The notes: generated by a model not told the origin, from the letters alone. A DNA stretch of 64,000 nucleotides from Bacteroidales bacterium (GCA_045116675.1 JBGUMF010000073.1:9-64008); one strand, 5' to 3'; positions 7,596 to 17,304 are shown, counted from the first letter of the stretch. Program-made: numbers and translations.

Positions 7596-8426
7596 ATGAA
7601 AAAAAATATCGACACAACAAACGAAGGCGAGATCATCCTCTACCAACCCGACAACAATGTACGGTTGGAGGTGCGGATGCATGAGGAAACAGTATGGTTA
7701 AACAGACAGCAAATGGCAATTCTTTTTACTAGAGATATAAAGACTATCGGCAAACATATCAATAATGCTCTACAAGAAGAATTGTCCGATTTTCCAGTTG
7801 TCGCAAAATTTGCGACAACTGCCAGAGATGGCAAAACGTATCAAGTAGAGCACTATAACCTTGATATGATACTCTCTGTCGGATATCGTGTAAAATCCAA
7901 ACGTGGTGTCGAATTTCGAAAATGGGCAAACTCTGTACTCAAAGAGTATCTCTTGCGCGGATATGCTATCAACCAGCGATTTGAACGGCTGGAGCAGCGG
8001 GTTGCCAAAACCGAAGAGCAAATAGGTTTCTTTGTGAGCACTGCATTGCCTCCCGTGCAGGGTGTGTTCTACGACGGACAGATATTCGATGCCTACACCT
8101 TCGTGGCGGACCTGGTTCGCTCGGCACGGGAGCGGATTATCCTCATCGACAACTACGTGGACGACTCCGTCTTGAAGATGCTCACCAAACGGAACGAGGA
8201 CGTCAGCGCGACCATTATCACACGGAAGATTTCGGACGCGCTGGCCGTGGACGTCGCACGCCACAACCAACAATATCCGCCAGTGGACATCCAAACCTCC
8301 GATCGCTTCCACGACCGCTTCCTCATCATCGACGACACCGTCTATCACCTCGGTGCCTCGATGAAAGATTTGGGGAAGAGATTGTTTGCATTTTCAAAAT
8401 TGAATATACCGGCACATAACCTGTGA
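7596..8426 (+). CDS. RhuM-family N-terminal domain fused to a PLD-like (HxRx4D) C-terminal domain
   Basis: The N-terminus IILYQPDNNVRLEVRMHEETVWLNRQQMAILF...YNLDMILSVGYRVKSKRGVEFRKWANSVLKEYLLRGY is the RhuM signature. The C-terminus has RIILIDNYVDDSVLKML....HDRFLIIDDTVYHLGASMKDLGK. Confidence 0.75.
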   Translation: MKKNIDTTNEGEIILYQPDNNVRLEVRMHEETVWLNRQQMAILFTRDIKTIGKHINNALQEELSDFPVVAKFATTARDGKTYQVEHYNLDMILSVGYRVKSKRGVEFRKWANSVLKEYLLRGYAINQRFERLEQRVAKTEEQIGFFVSTALPPVQGVFYDGQIFDAYTFVADLVRSARERIILIDNYVDDSVLKMLTKRNEDVSATIITRKISDALAVDVARHNQQYPPVDIQTSDRFHDRFLIIDDTVYHLGASMKDLGKRLFAFSKLNIPAHNL

Positions 8427-8451
8427 TCAGTGACCAGTGATTAGTAATCAG
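8424..8451. repeat. Heptamer micro-repeat (TGATCAG TGACCAG TGATTAG TAATCAG) between convergent genes
   Basis: Four consecutive related heptamers start at the stop codon of the RhuM-like gene. Confidence 0.7.
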
Positions 8452-8469
8452 AATAAAAGACACATGCAC

Positions 8470-10734
8470 TTATAGCACCACCTCGCCGGTCTCGGCATCC
8501 AACAGCAAGGTCTGGAAGGGGTTCAGGACCAAAGAGACTACTTTGCCATTGCGCAAGCGGATGGTGCGCTTGCCCCCATCTTTCGTGTGAATCATCACCA
8601 GTCCCGAGCCCGCCACCACGGCATCCGAGTCCTCATTATAAATATGGCACCCGGCATCCCGGAACAGGTGCTGCCACAAGCGGCAGTCCACCATCGGGAG
8701 GCCCACAAAACAGTCCGTAAAACTATCGTGCCTCTTGCGGGCCGCAGCCATCGAACCGTCCGGATAATAGGCCAACGGCACCGCCGCATCATCCTTGACA
8801 CGGAAAAAGACTTGCTGCCAGGACATCCCGCCCCGCTTATTACTCATGAAAATCGTCTTGCCCACTTCGGCAATCCGCTCTCCCGGCTGAAACAGGGTAT
8901 CCCAAGCGTTCACAAACCGCATGTCGGGAATCGAATCCGCATAAAACGCATCCACCTCCATGCCTGCGCACTCCCGCACATGCCGCACATCCAAGGTGCG
9001 TCCGTCGTTGAACCCCGGGGCCGTCAGCCACACCAGCGTGCGGCCGTCACGGGCCACCTCGCGACGAATCCACTGCCGAAGCTCCGGCTCAATATGGAAA
9101 CAATTCACGAAAACCACGACCTTGAATGTTGCCAACGGCATCTGTTTCAAATCCGACAAATAACAGGTGGCCACGGAGGCGCCGGACTTGAATGCCTCGA
9201 TCGTCACCACGTCCACAGATGTCTGGTCGGTAATCGGGTCATCCGTGTCGCGGCTGGCGGTATGGTAAAACACTTTCGTGTCATACACCATCAGCACATC
9301 CGCCGGATTATCCTGATTATGATGAAAAAAACGTTCCTCCACCTGCTTCATGCGGGCAATTTCCGCCATATAGTCGGGATCATCCCACCAGCCCGTCGTC
9401 ATAATGGGCCCGAAATCATAATACCACATCCCGCCGCCTCGCAGGAAGGGATGGAGCACGAACTTGCGCAGGATCTGGATGCTTTCGGCCTTGGGATAAC
9501 GCTGCAGGCCGCCCAGCATGATGAAACCGTAATGGCTGGGCTGGTCCATCTCGTCGAGCCACAGTTTCCCATGCAGGTTCACCGACTCGACCAGCCCGCG
9601 CGACACTCCGGGCCCGCCGGGCAGACGGCTGTTCTTGTTGTACGCCTGCGGGGCGGAGAGGAAATCCACATACGGGGAGTTGAGCACATCCTCCTCGCGC
9701 AAATGGCCGCCCGCCGCCTGCCGCCCGAACATCGAGAGATAATATCCATAGAAACAACCCACCACTACTGGACGCGGCCACGACTCCTTCACAATCTTGG
9801 CGAAATAGTTGATGCTATTGGTAACAGCCTGATGCTGACAATCATAATAATCGATAATAGCCTGCTCGCGTTGCGGGTCGCGAAAGATGCCCGCAGAGGT
9901 CTGATGCCGCTCCATGCCCGGCACCGAGGCGGTGGCCAGCGTGACCTCCGAATTGTTCCAAGCCTTCCGAAGAGCCTTGTCGTTATGATACTTCTCCGTC
10001 AGATATGCCCGGAAATAGCGCTGCATCGGCTCCGACACGTCGGGGTCGTGCCGCACGAAGGCCCAATAATGGTTTTCCCCGTTCACGCCCATCGTCAGCT
10101 GAAGGCCCATCACGTGTCTTCCTTCCGGCGTGTCGGCAAAGTCACGGCAGAACTGCCGCACCATCGCCCCCATCTCCTCCAGCCAACGCCGGGAGGCATA
10201 GCTGCATCGCGCAACGGTGTCCAAATCTTTCCACAGGTAGTTCTGATAGGCCGGGCGGTAGGGTTCCTCGGCCAGGCCAGCATCGGCAAAGCGGGTACAC
10301 TCTTCCGGATGCTGGCGAAGCCATCGGAAGGTGGGGTTGCAATGCAAACGGAACATCACCGCCGCCTGCGGACAATGGGCCAACACCCCGCGCACCTGGC
10401 GCACCGCCTCCCCAATGTCCAACGAGCCATCTTCCGTTATCATCTCTTCAAACCATAAATCCAGCTGGTACAACGTAAAGCCTGCATCGGCAAACAAGGC
10501 GATATTGTGCGACGGCCCCGCCTCATATGAGCGGTTACCCGTTGGACGGTCGGTGAGCGCGTAAAACTGGGGTACCACGGGCACATCATTGATATAGAGC
10601 GCCGGACGACCCTTGTAAGGCTTCACCTCCGCCCGCTCCACGCGATAGTCGGCATCCGTCTGCGCCAACAACGGACATGTCCACCCGAACATTCCTATGC
10701 TCAGGCAAATCCACAACATTCGAATCTGTTTCAT
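8470..10734 (-). CDS. Secreted putative glycoside hydrolase (GH42-like TIM barrel plus GATase1-like middle domain)
   Basis: Signal peptide MKQIRMLWICLSIGMFGWTCPLLAQ. The overall architecture and the KVVVFVNCFH...LVWLTAPGF segment recall GH42 beta-galactosidase-type proteins. The family is not firmly recognised. Confidence 0.4.
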   Translation of the reverse strand: MKQIRMLWICLSIGMFGWTCPLLAQTDADYRVERAEVKPYKGRPALYINDVPVVPQFYALTDRPTGNRSYEAGPSHNIALFADAGFTLYQLDLWFEEMITEDGSLDIGEAVRQVRGVLAHCPQAAVMFRLHCNPTFRWLRQHPEECTRFADAGLAEEPYRPAYQNYLWKDLDTVARCSYASRRWLEEMGAMVRQFCRDFADTPEGRHVMGLQLTMGVNGENHYWAFVRHDPDVSEPMQRYFRAYLTEKYHNDKALRKAWNNSEVTLATASVPGMERHQTSAGIFRDPQREQAIIDYYDCQHQAVTNSINYFAKIVKESWPRPVVVGCFYGYYLSMFGRQAAGGHLREEDVLNSPYVDFLSAPQAYNKNSRLPGGPGVSRGLVESVNLHGKLWLDEMDQPSHYGFIMLGGLQRYPKAESIQILRKFVLHPFLRGGGMWYYDFGPIMTTGWWDDPDYMAEIARMKQVEERFFHHNQDNPADVLMVYDTKVFYHTASRDTDDPITDQTSVDVVTIEAFKSGASVATCYLSDLKQMPLATFKVVVFVNCFHIEPELRQWIRREVARDGRTLVWLTAPGFNDGRTLDVRHVRECAGMEVDAFYADSIPDMRFVNAWDTLFQPGERIAEVGKTIFMSNKRGGMSWQQVFFRVKDDAAVPLAYYPDGSMAAARKRHDSFTDCFVGLPMVDCRLWQHLFRDAGCHIYNEDSDAVVAGSGLVMIHTKDGGKRTIRLRNGKVVSLVLNPFQTLLLDAETGEVVL

Positions 10735-10752
10735 ACGAAGCGTCTTGGAAAA

Positions 10753-12438
10753 TTATTTTTTCACCACCTTACCTGTATGCAATGTGGTTCCGGCACTCAT
10801 TATTTTCACCATGTAAATGCCGGCAGGTATATCAGAGATGTCCAGACGGAACGATGATTCGTCCATCGGTAGCGATTTCAGCATGCGTCCGGCAAGGTCC
10901 CACAACTCCACATTCACATCCTTGACAGTGCCGTCCGGTGCGGTCAGGACCACATAATCAGAGGCCGGATTGGGAGAAATCGTGAACGGAGACGCATCAT
11001 GATCCTCCACACCGTATGTCAGGGGCACCAAGGCCACATCCTGCCAAAGGGTGGCGTGCGTACCCACCGTCAGCTGCAACGTTTTGGAACGATACCCGGG
11101 AGCCGAATAGGTTACCGTATAAGTACCTGCCTTGATGGGACGATGGTAGTCGCCCGCCGGCAGATACGACGAGACCTGGGAGTTATCCTTGTCGTGGTTG
11201 GATACCATAACCTGTGCCTCAATGGGTAGCCCCGTCACCGAGTCGGTCACGATGCCCCGGATGCCGTAAAGGCTCTCTTCGATATAATTGAGCAGGGAGG
11301 ATTTTATCCAATTCCAATAGTTTGGCAACAGGTTGGAAGACAAAATCTTATCTTCACTCACCTCGATGGTCATCTCGCGGCACGACTGGAAATAGTTGAA
11401 ATAATCCTGTCGCGAACCGGTGATCACATACCAGTCACCGCCCTCGGTTACGCCGTTGGACTCTTCCGTCATATAGGAACTGTGATAGCGGTGGCAGGTG
11501 TCGGCGAACCGGCGGGAGACCTCAAGCCACCAGGGGGCATCAGCATGGGCACGCTGATTGGTCGTCCAGGTGTCCCACGGGTAGTTGCACAATTCAGCAC
11601 CACCATGGAAGTTGGCCGACATGGTAAAATGGTGCTGCCTGCCGAACTCCATCATCGCCTGGATTTCCGGCTCGTAACTGCCCGATTCGGAATGTCCGAA
11701 TTGCGGGTAGGAGCGGTTCATATCCACATCATTGTAATTGTACCGTGTGGAATAGCGTGAACCCAACTGATTGTTCGAATAATAATACGTTCCGTCGGGA
11801 TTCTCTATCGGGCAAATCCAGATATCCACACTATCCACCAACCGGCGAACGCGGGCATCCGTTTCATAGTTATTCAACATATAATGAATAAGATGCAGCA
11901 TATAATAATAGCCTACCGGTTCATCGCCATGGATGGTGGACGAATAGAAAAACGAAGGCTTGTCGCCCTTGTCCTGAAGGTTGTTGCTGATATGCACGGC
12001 AAACAGCGAGTGGCCGCCGGGCGTGGCCGCCAACATCGTGTCTATTTCACAAAGATTCGGGAATTGATGCCGGAACGTATCCAGCATGGCCATGTATGTC
12101 GAATAGGTGGGATAACGGTTCCACGAGGATACCATCTGGTTGTAGCTGCTGGCCATATTGACCACGGCGGGTGTCGGTGCCAAGGTCTTGAACGGAATGC
12201 CGAGGGCGGCGAAACGATTGTATTCTTTCTTTCCCAGACACACCCGGACGAGAAGATTGCCTGCCTCCGTGCGGCGGACCTTGTCCACCGAGAAATCATG
12301 GGAGAAGGTGTAGAGTTGTGCAGGTGTCATCTGCACCTCCACATACTGCTGTACCAAATTCGTGTCCAAAGCGGTTGTCTGGGCCACTGTAGAGAAGGCG
12401 AACATAAGCGCCAAGCTCATGATAACAAAATGTTTCAT
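10753..12438 (-). CDS. M14 zinc carboxypeptidase with T9SS C-terminal sorting domain
   Basis: HGDEPVG zinc-binding motif, a carboxypeptidase-regulatory-like middle domain, and a C-terminus PNPASDYVVL...IPAGIYMVKI...GKVVKK typical of Por/T9SS CTDs. Confidence 0.85.
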   Translation of the reverse strand: MKHFVIMSLALMFAFSTVAQTTALDTNLVQQYVEVQMTPAQLYTFSHDFSVDKVRRTEAGNLLVRVCLGKKEYNRFAALGIPFKTLAPTPAVVNMASSYNQMVSSWNRYPTYSTYMAMLDTFRHQFPNLCEIDTMLAATPGGHSLFAVHISNNLQDKGDKPSFFYSSTIHGDEPVGYYYMLHLIHYMLNNYETDARVRRLVDSVDIWICPIENPDGTYYYSNNQLGSRYSTRYNYNDVDMNRSYPQFGHSESGSYEPEIQAMMEFGRQHHFTMSANFHGGAELCNYPWDTWTTNQRAHADAPWWLEVSRRFADTCHRYHSSYMTEESNGVTEGGDWYVITGSRQDYFNYFQSCREMTIEVSEDKILSSNLLPNYWNWIKSSLLNYIEESLYGIRGIVTDSVTGLPIEAQVMVSNHDKDNSQVSSYLPAGDYHRPIKAGTYTVTYSAPGYRSKTLQLTVGTHATLWQDVALVPLTYGVEDHDASPFTISPNPASDYVVLTAPDGTVKDVNVELWDLAGRMLKSLPMDESSFRLDISDIPAGIYMVKIMSAGTTLHTGKVVKK

Positions 12439-12443
12439 AAAAG

Positions 12444-13334
12444 CTACAGATTAAGAAGATCGTGGATTTTCTGCTGCAATTCCTCCGACACGCTGACCAG
12501 CGGCAGGCGCAGCACATTGTCGATTCTCCCCTGCTCGAACAATATGGCTTTTATGCCGGAAGGACTCCCCTCCTTGAAACAGGCCTGCACAAGGTCAAAC
12601 AGCTTGTCGTGGTAAAGGCGTGCCTTGATGAACTGGTCGGCGGCGGCCAGGTGGACCATGTTGGACACCTCCGCCGGGAAGGCGTTGGCCATCACGGAAA
12701 TCAGTCCGTCGCCGCCGGAGGCCATCAGCGGCAAGGTGAGCATGTCATCGCCGGAGATCACCAGGAAGTTGGCGGGTTTATGGTTCAGCAGGTACAATAT
12801 CTGCTTCATATTGCCAGAGGCTTCTTTGATACCCACCACGTTGGGGCAAGCTTCCACCACTCGCAACACCGTCTCCGCCTGTATGTTGGTGGCCGTGCGC
12901 CCGGGCACGTTGTAGAGGAACATGGGCAGCGGGCAATGCTCCGCCAGGGCTTTGTAATGGGCCAGCAGGCCCGCCTGGCTGGGCTTGTTGTAGTAAGGCG
13001 TCACCGACAGCACCGCATCCACCGAAAGACGTTCCACCCTGTCAAGTTGATGGATCATCATCTGGGTGTTCGGGCCGCCAAGACCGTACATCACCGGCAA
13101 GCGACCTCCGTTAGTCTCTGTGATGCAGCGCAGCACATCGTCGCGCTCCGGCGGAGTAAGGGTCGGATACTCGCTGGTGGTGCCCAAGGCAAGCAGATAG
13201 TCCACGCGGTTGCAGACCATGCGATCCACCAATGCCTCCAGACGGGGATAATCCACCTCGCCCGAGGGGAGAAACGGAGTGATGAGCGCCACTCCAAGAC
13301 CTTTGAAACGGGATATGCTATCTGTCATTGCCAC
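12444..13334 (-). CDS. dapA: 4-hydroxy-tetrahydrodipicolinate synthase
   Basis: GLGVALITPF...GTTSEYPTLT...YNVPGRT motifs and the 296 aa length fit DapA. Confidence 0.9.
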   Translation of the reverse strand: MAMTDSISRFKGLGVALITPFLPSGEVDYPRLEALVDRMVCNRVDYLLALGTTSEYPTLTPPERDDVLRCITETNGGRLPVMYGLGGPNTQMMIHQLDRVERLSVDAVLSVTPYYNKPSQAGLLAHYKALAEHCPLPMFLYNVPGRTATNIQAETVLRVVEACPNVVGIKEASGNMKQILYLLNHKPANFLVISGDDMLTLPLMASGGDGLISVMANAFPAEVSNMVHLAAADQFIKARLYHDKLFDLVQACFKEGSPSGIKAILFEQGRIDNVLRLPLVSVSEELQQKIHDLLNL

Positions 13335-13854
13335 TGAGTTTTTGCGTGTATTTGTGAACGGCCTCCAGATATTTCAGATTGTCACAATCCAAACAATCGA
13401 GATAGAGGTCGTAAAGATTGCCGCAATCCGGCATCCTGCCCACGATGAACTGCGCGTGCGTCAGCGACAGAATGGCCTTGATCGGCGCATTATACCGATA
13501 ATTGAAGTCAATCACCATATCATAGTCCACCTTCAAAAAATCCTGAATCTGCACCATATTGGGCAGACCGAACCAGTTGAGATGCTTGTTGCAGAAATAG
13601 TCGGCGGTCAGCTGGGGAAGGCAGTAGAAAGGCACCTCTTTGTCATTCACATAACCGATAAGCTTCACATTACGGCCCGACTCCTGCAGGCGTGTGAAGA
13701 TGTGGAAGATGCTCTTATAGGAGTCTTCATTGGTGATTTCGCACAAAATCCCGATGGAACGCGCCTGTGTCATAGACACCAGTTTAGGCCTTCTATCTGG
13801 TTTATTATCAGAAAGATATTTATTTAGGAAATAATCCTTGATTTTCTGAAACAT
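13318..13854 (-). CDS. Conserved hypothetical protein (upstream of dapA)
   Basis: ORF with Bacteroidetes-like codon usage. Start set at MFQKIKDYF, 26 nt downstream of a caaagata (-7) box at 13880-13887. No family recognised. Confidence 0.55.
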   Translation of the reverse strand: MFQKIKDYFLNKYLSDNKPDRRPKLVSMTQARSIGILCEITNEDSYKSIFHIFTRLQESGRNVKLIGYVNDKEVPFYCLPQLTADYFCNKHLNWFGLPNMVQIQDFLKVDYDMVIDFNYRYNAPIKAILSLTHAQFIVGRMPDCGNLYDLYLDCLDCDNLKYLEAVHKYTQKLSGNDR

Positions 13855-14010
13855 ACTTAACACTTTACAATAACGGCGGCAAAGATACAAAAAAACAGCG
13901 GAAGCAACCACGCCTCCGCTGCATCAAACCATTAACCTATGTAAGATAATTGAACACTAATATTTTCCAATAATAATGTCAATAATCAACACGCTCCCTA
14001 TACGTTGACT

Positions 14011-14940
14011 TTAAAGATTTGTTACACAAAAATCGGGATTTTCTAAAATTTTTTTCGCAAAGGTCGTGTTAGCCAGATGTCCGGGGCGTTCGGCGATGAT
14101 TTCAGCCTTGAGCGGAACCCCCAGCAAATAGAGATCACCCATGAGGTCGAGCAGCTTGTGGCGGGCCGGTTCGTTCTCATGCCGCAAGGTCACGTTGTTG
14201 AGCACATGGTTGGGCATCACCGTGATGTCCTCCTTGTGGAAAAACTGTCCCAGCTGCTTGAGCACCTGCGGATCGGGCACCTGGTCCACGAAAACGATGG
14301 CATTGTCGAGGTCGCCGCCACGCACCAGATTGTTCTGAATCAAAAACTGCAACTCATTCAGGAAGACGAATGTGCGGCAGTTGTAAACCTCGGGGTAGAA
14401 ATCCTCAACATTGTCCAGCACAGCTTCCTGCTCGGCCAGCACCTTGGTGCCATAGTCCACCTTCACCGTCATCTTGAAATGGTCGGCGGGGCGGATGGTA
14501 AGCTTCACCTGCTGTTCGGGTATGGAGAGCGTTATCTCTTTTTTCAGTGTTCCGCAGCGGCGCGGCGCGTCCAGCTCGCGGAGGCCCGTCTCCTTGAGCA
14601 TCTCCACATACACGCGCGAGCTGCCGTCGAGGATGGGCGTCTCGGGCCCGTGCGTGCGCACGCATACGTTGTCGATGCCAAGACCGGCCAATGCGGCCAT
14701 AAGATGCTCAATAGTATGCACTTGGGCATCTCCCTCCTTGATGGAGGTACCACGGGAGGTGTCAAACACATTCTGCGGGATAGCCCGTACCACGGGCTCA
14801 CCCGGCAGGTCGGCCCGCACGAAGCGGATGCCATAGTCAGCGGGGGCCGGCTCGAAGGTGACCGTCACCTGCTGGCCTGTGTGCAATCCCCTGCCCGATA
14901 CGGAAATCGGGGCGTTCACTGTTGTCTGTCTGTTCATCAA
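14011..14940 (-). CDS. lpxC: UDP-3-O-acyl-N-acetylglucosamine deacetylase (stand-alone, no FabZ domain)
   Basis: GRGLHTGQ...IRF.R.DL...TIEHLMAAL.G.GIDN...E.PILDGSS motifs. The 309 aa length equals stand-alone LpxC. Confidence 0.9.
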   Translation of the reverse strand: MMNRQTTVNAPISVSGRGLHTGQQVTVTFEPAPADYGIRFVRADLPGEPVVRAIPQNVFDTSRGTSIKEGDAQVHTIEHLMAALAGLGIDNVCVRTHGPETPILDGSSRVYVEMLKETGLRELDAPRRCGTLKKEITLSIPEQQVKLTIRPADHFKMTVKVDYGTKVLAEQEAVLDNVEDFYPEVYNCRTFVFLNELQFLIQNNLVRGGDLDNAIVFVDQVPDPQVLKQLGQFFHKEDITVMPNHVLNNVTLRHENEPARHKLLDLMGDLYLLGVPLKAEIIAERPGHLANTTFAKKILENPDFCVTNL

Positions 14941-14973
14941 TACTCTTTCTTTTTTGGAAAAAATCTACAAGAC

Positions 14974-15999
14974 CTACTGGTCTTTTTCCGTTGTTTTCAA
15001 ATTCTGTATTTCCTTAAAAAGCTCCGGCAACTTGCGGCGATACACGATCAGGCGGCGCTCTTCACCGAGAGGGATGGCCGGATTGCCCAGGTACATGCCC
15101 TTCTTCAACGAGTGCGACACGCCCGCCTGTGCACCCACAACAACGCCGTCATCCACAGTGATGTGGCCTGCCACGCCAGCCTGTCCTGCCAAAATGCAGT
15201 GCTTGCCGATCTTGGCCGAGCCGGCGATGCCCACCTGGGCCGCCATGCCCGTGCCCTCGCCCACCGTGACGTTGTGCGCGATCTGCACCAGATTGTCAAT
15301 CTTGACGTTGTCCTCAATCTTGGTGGATCCCATCGTCGCCCGGTCAATGCAGGTGTTGGCTCCGATCTCCACATTATTGCCAATCACCACATTGCCGATT
15401 TGCGGAATCTTGAGATACTGGCCGTCCTGGGCCGCAAAACCGAACCCGTCGGCCCCGACCACCGCACCGGCATGGAGGATGCAGTCGTTGCCGATCACAC
15501 AATCGGCATACACCTTCACCCCGGAATTGAGGGTCGTCCTGTCCCCCACCCTGACGTTATCACCTAAGCACACATGCGGATAGAGGCGCACGCCGTTGCC
15601 AAGGACCACATTCTCGCCCACGCTCACGAACTCACCGATATAGACATTCTCGCCAATCTTCGCCGAGGGAGCCACACACGCCTTGTCGGAAATACCGACC
15701 TTGGCATGCTGCATCATCATCTCCTGATAGAAATTCAGCAGTTTGGCAAAGGCCAGGTAGGAGTTCTCCACACGGATGAGCGTGCAGGGCACCTCACGTT
15801 CCGGCACGAAGTCGCGGTTGACGATGGCCGCCGTGGCCTTGGTGTCATAGATGTAATGGGTGTATTTCGGATTGGAAAGAAATGTCAGTCCACCCTGCAC
15901 ACCCTCCTCTATTTTACATATCGTGGTAATCACCCCTTCCGGGTTTCCAACCACCTCAGCAGAAAGCAGTTCGGCTATCTGGGAAACAGTAAATTTCAT
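14974..15999 (-). CDS. lpxD: UDP-3-O-acylglucosamine N-acyltransferase
   Basis: Left-handed beta-helix hexapeptide repeats and an N-terminus [12 protein letters not shown]. Start set at 15999, preceded by a caaagata -7 box at 16018-16025. Confidence 0.9.
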   Translation of the reverse strand: MKFTVSQIAELLSAEVVGNPEGVITTICKIEEGVQGGLTFLSNPKYTHYIYDTKATAAIVNRDFVPEREVPCTLIRVENSYLAFAKLLNFYQEMMMQHAKVGISDKACVAPSAKIGENVYIGEFVSVGENVVLGNGVRLYPHVCLGDNVRVGDRTTLNSGVKVYADCVIGNDCILHAGAVVGADGFGFAAQDGQYLKIPQIGNVVIGNNVEIGANTCIDRATMGSTKIEDNVKIDNLVQIAHNVTVGEGTGMAAQVGIAGSAKIGKHCILAGQAGVAGHITVDDGVVVGAQAGVSHSLKKGMYLGNPAIPLGEERRLIVYRRKLPELFKEIQNLKTTEKDQ

Positions 16000-16107
16000 G
16001 TGCTTCAAATTTGGCGGCAAAGATACGAAATTCAAAACAAAAAGTCCAACGGCGGAACATTCTGCCATTGGACTTTTTTCTGATTGGTTTTTTATTTTGA
16101 AAAACCT

Positions 16108-17304
16108 TTATTTGGTTGCGTCGATAGCCTGTTTGATCAGTTGGAACGTGCACTCCGGATCGTTATCCAAGCCCATGGAGAAACGGATGAGGCCTTCGCT
16201 CATGCCCATTTCCTTCTGGATATCCTCAGGAACCTCGGAAGAGGTGGACTTGCCGGAGTTGCTGAACAGCGTCTTGAAGTAGCCGAGGCTGACGGCGAGG
16301 TAACCCACGCCCAGCTCCTGCATCTTCTCCATGATGGCGCTGGCTCTCTCAGCCGTGCCCATGTCGATGGAGATCATGCCGCCGAAACCGTAGCCATCGT
16401 TCATCATCGATTTGAACAGCTCGTGGTCAGGATGCTCGGGAAGGCCGGGATAGTTGTACTTGATGCCCGTCTCTTTGAAACGTTTGGCCAAGTACATGGC
16501 ATTCTCACTATGTTTCTTCATACGGATATGCAGCGTGTGAAGATTCTTCTGGATGCTGGTGGAACGGAACGTGTCCAACACGGGACCAAGCAACATGGCC
16601 GTACCGTCGTTCACATCGATCAGGGAGTTGATATATTCGGCGGAACCGCAGATGGCACCGGCCACGCAGTCGTTCATACCGTTCACATATTTGGTCATAC
16701 TGTAGATCACCACATCCGCACCGAGACGGTAGGGAGAGAATATCATCGGGGTGAAGGTATTGTCAACCAGCAACTTTGCGCCAGCGGCGTGGGCAATCTT
16801 GGAAAGCTCGGGCAGGTTGGCGATGCGGAGCAGCGGATTGTTCATCGTCTCCGTATAAAGGACCTTGGTATTCGGACGGATGGCCTTCTTCACAGCGTCG
16901 AGGTCCTGCATGTTCACGAACGTGACCTCCACATTGAATTTCTTGAGGTAGTTGTTCAGGAAGGCGAACGTACCACCGTAGGTCGTCATGCTGGAGACGA
17001 TATGGTCGCCGGATTTCACCTCGTGCAGCAAAGCCACGGTAATGGCGGCCATGCCGGAACCGGTTGTCCAGGCCAGCTCGGTACCCTCGATGGCGGCCAA
17101 TGACTGCGCCAGAGAAAGCGTGCTGGGATTCCAGTGACGGGAATAGAGGAAATAGCCTTCCGTTTCACCGTGGAAGGTGTCGGTCATCGTCTTGGCCTGT
17201 TCAAACATAAAGGTGGCACTGTCGCAAATGGCCGGATTGACACCACGGTAGGCATCTTTTTTGTCCAATCTTTCAAGGTTGGTTGCGGGATCGAATTTTT
17301 CCAT
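16108..17304 (-). CDS. Cys/Met-metabolism PLP-dependent enzyme (methionine gamma-lyase / O-acetylhomoserine sulfhydrylase family)
   Basis: YSRHWNPS..., the DNTF motif and the PLP-lysine motif SMTKYVNG place it in this family. The exact reaction cannot be assigned. Confidence 0.75.
   Translation of the reverse strand: MEKFDPATNLERLDKKDAYRGVNPAICDSATFMFEQAKTMTDTFHGETEGYFLYSRHWNPSTLSLAQSLAAIEGTELAWTTGSGMAAITVALLHEVKSGDHIVSSMTTYGGTFAFLNNYLKKFNVEVTFVNMQDLDAVKKAIRPNTKVLYTETMNNPLLRIANLPELSKIAHAAGAKLLVDNTFTPMIFSPYRLGADVVIYSMTKYVNGMNDCVAGAICGSAEYINSLIDVNDGTAMLLGPVLDTFRSTSIQKNLHTLHIRMKKHSENAMYLAKRFKETGIKYNYPGLPEHPDHELFKSMMNDGYGFGGMISIDMGTAERASAIMEKMQELGVGYLAVSLGYFKTLFSNSGKSTSSEVPEDIQKEMGMSEGLIRFSMGLDNDPECTFQLIKQAIDATK

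Noticed and set aside
8587-10458. Very long ORFs antisense to real genes. Examples are 8587-10458 (+), 14077-15567 (+), 16084-17103 (+), 26470-27645 (-), 33365-35470 (+), 45668-46798 (-), 56482-57666 (+) and 61702-63186 (+).
   Set aside because: They lie opposite genes with clear family signatures and have R/H/G/A/V-rich, motif-free translations typical of shadow ORFs in GC-rich coding DNA. They lack plausible promoters or signal sequences.
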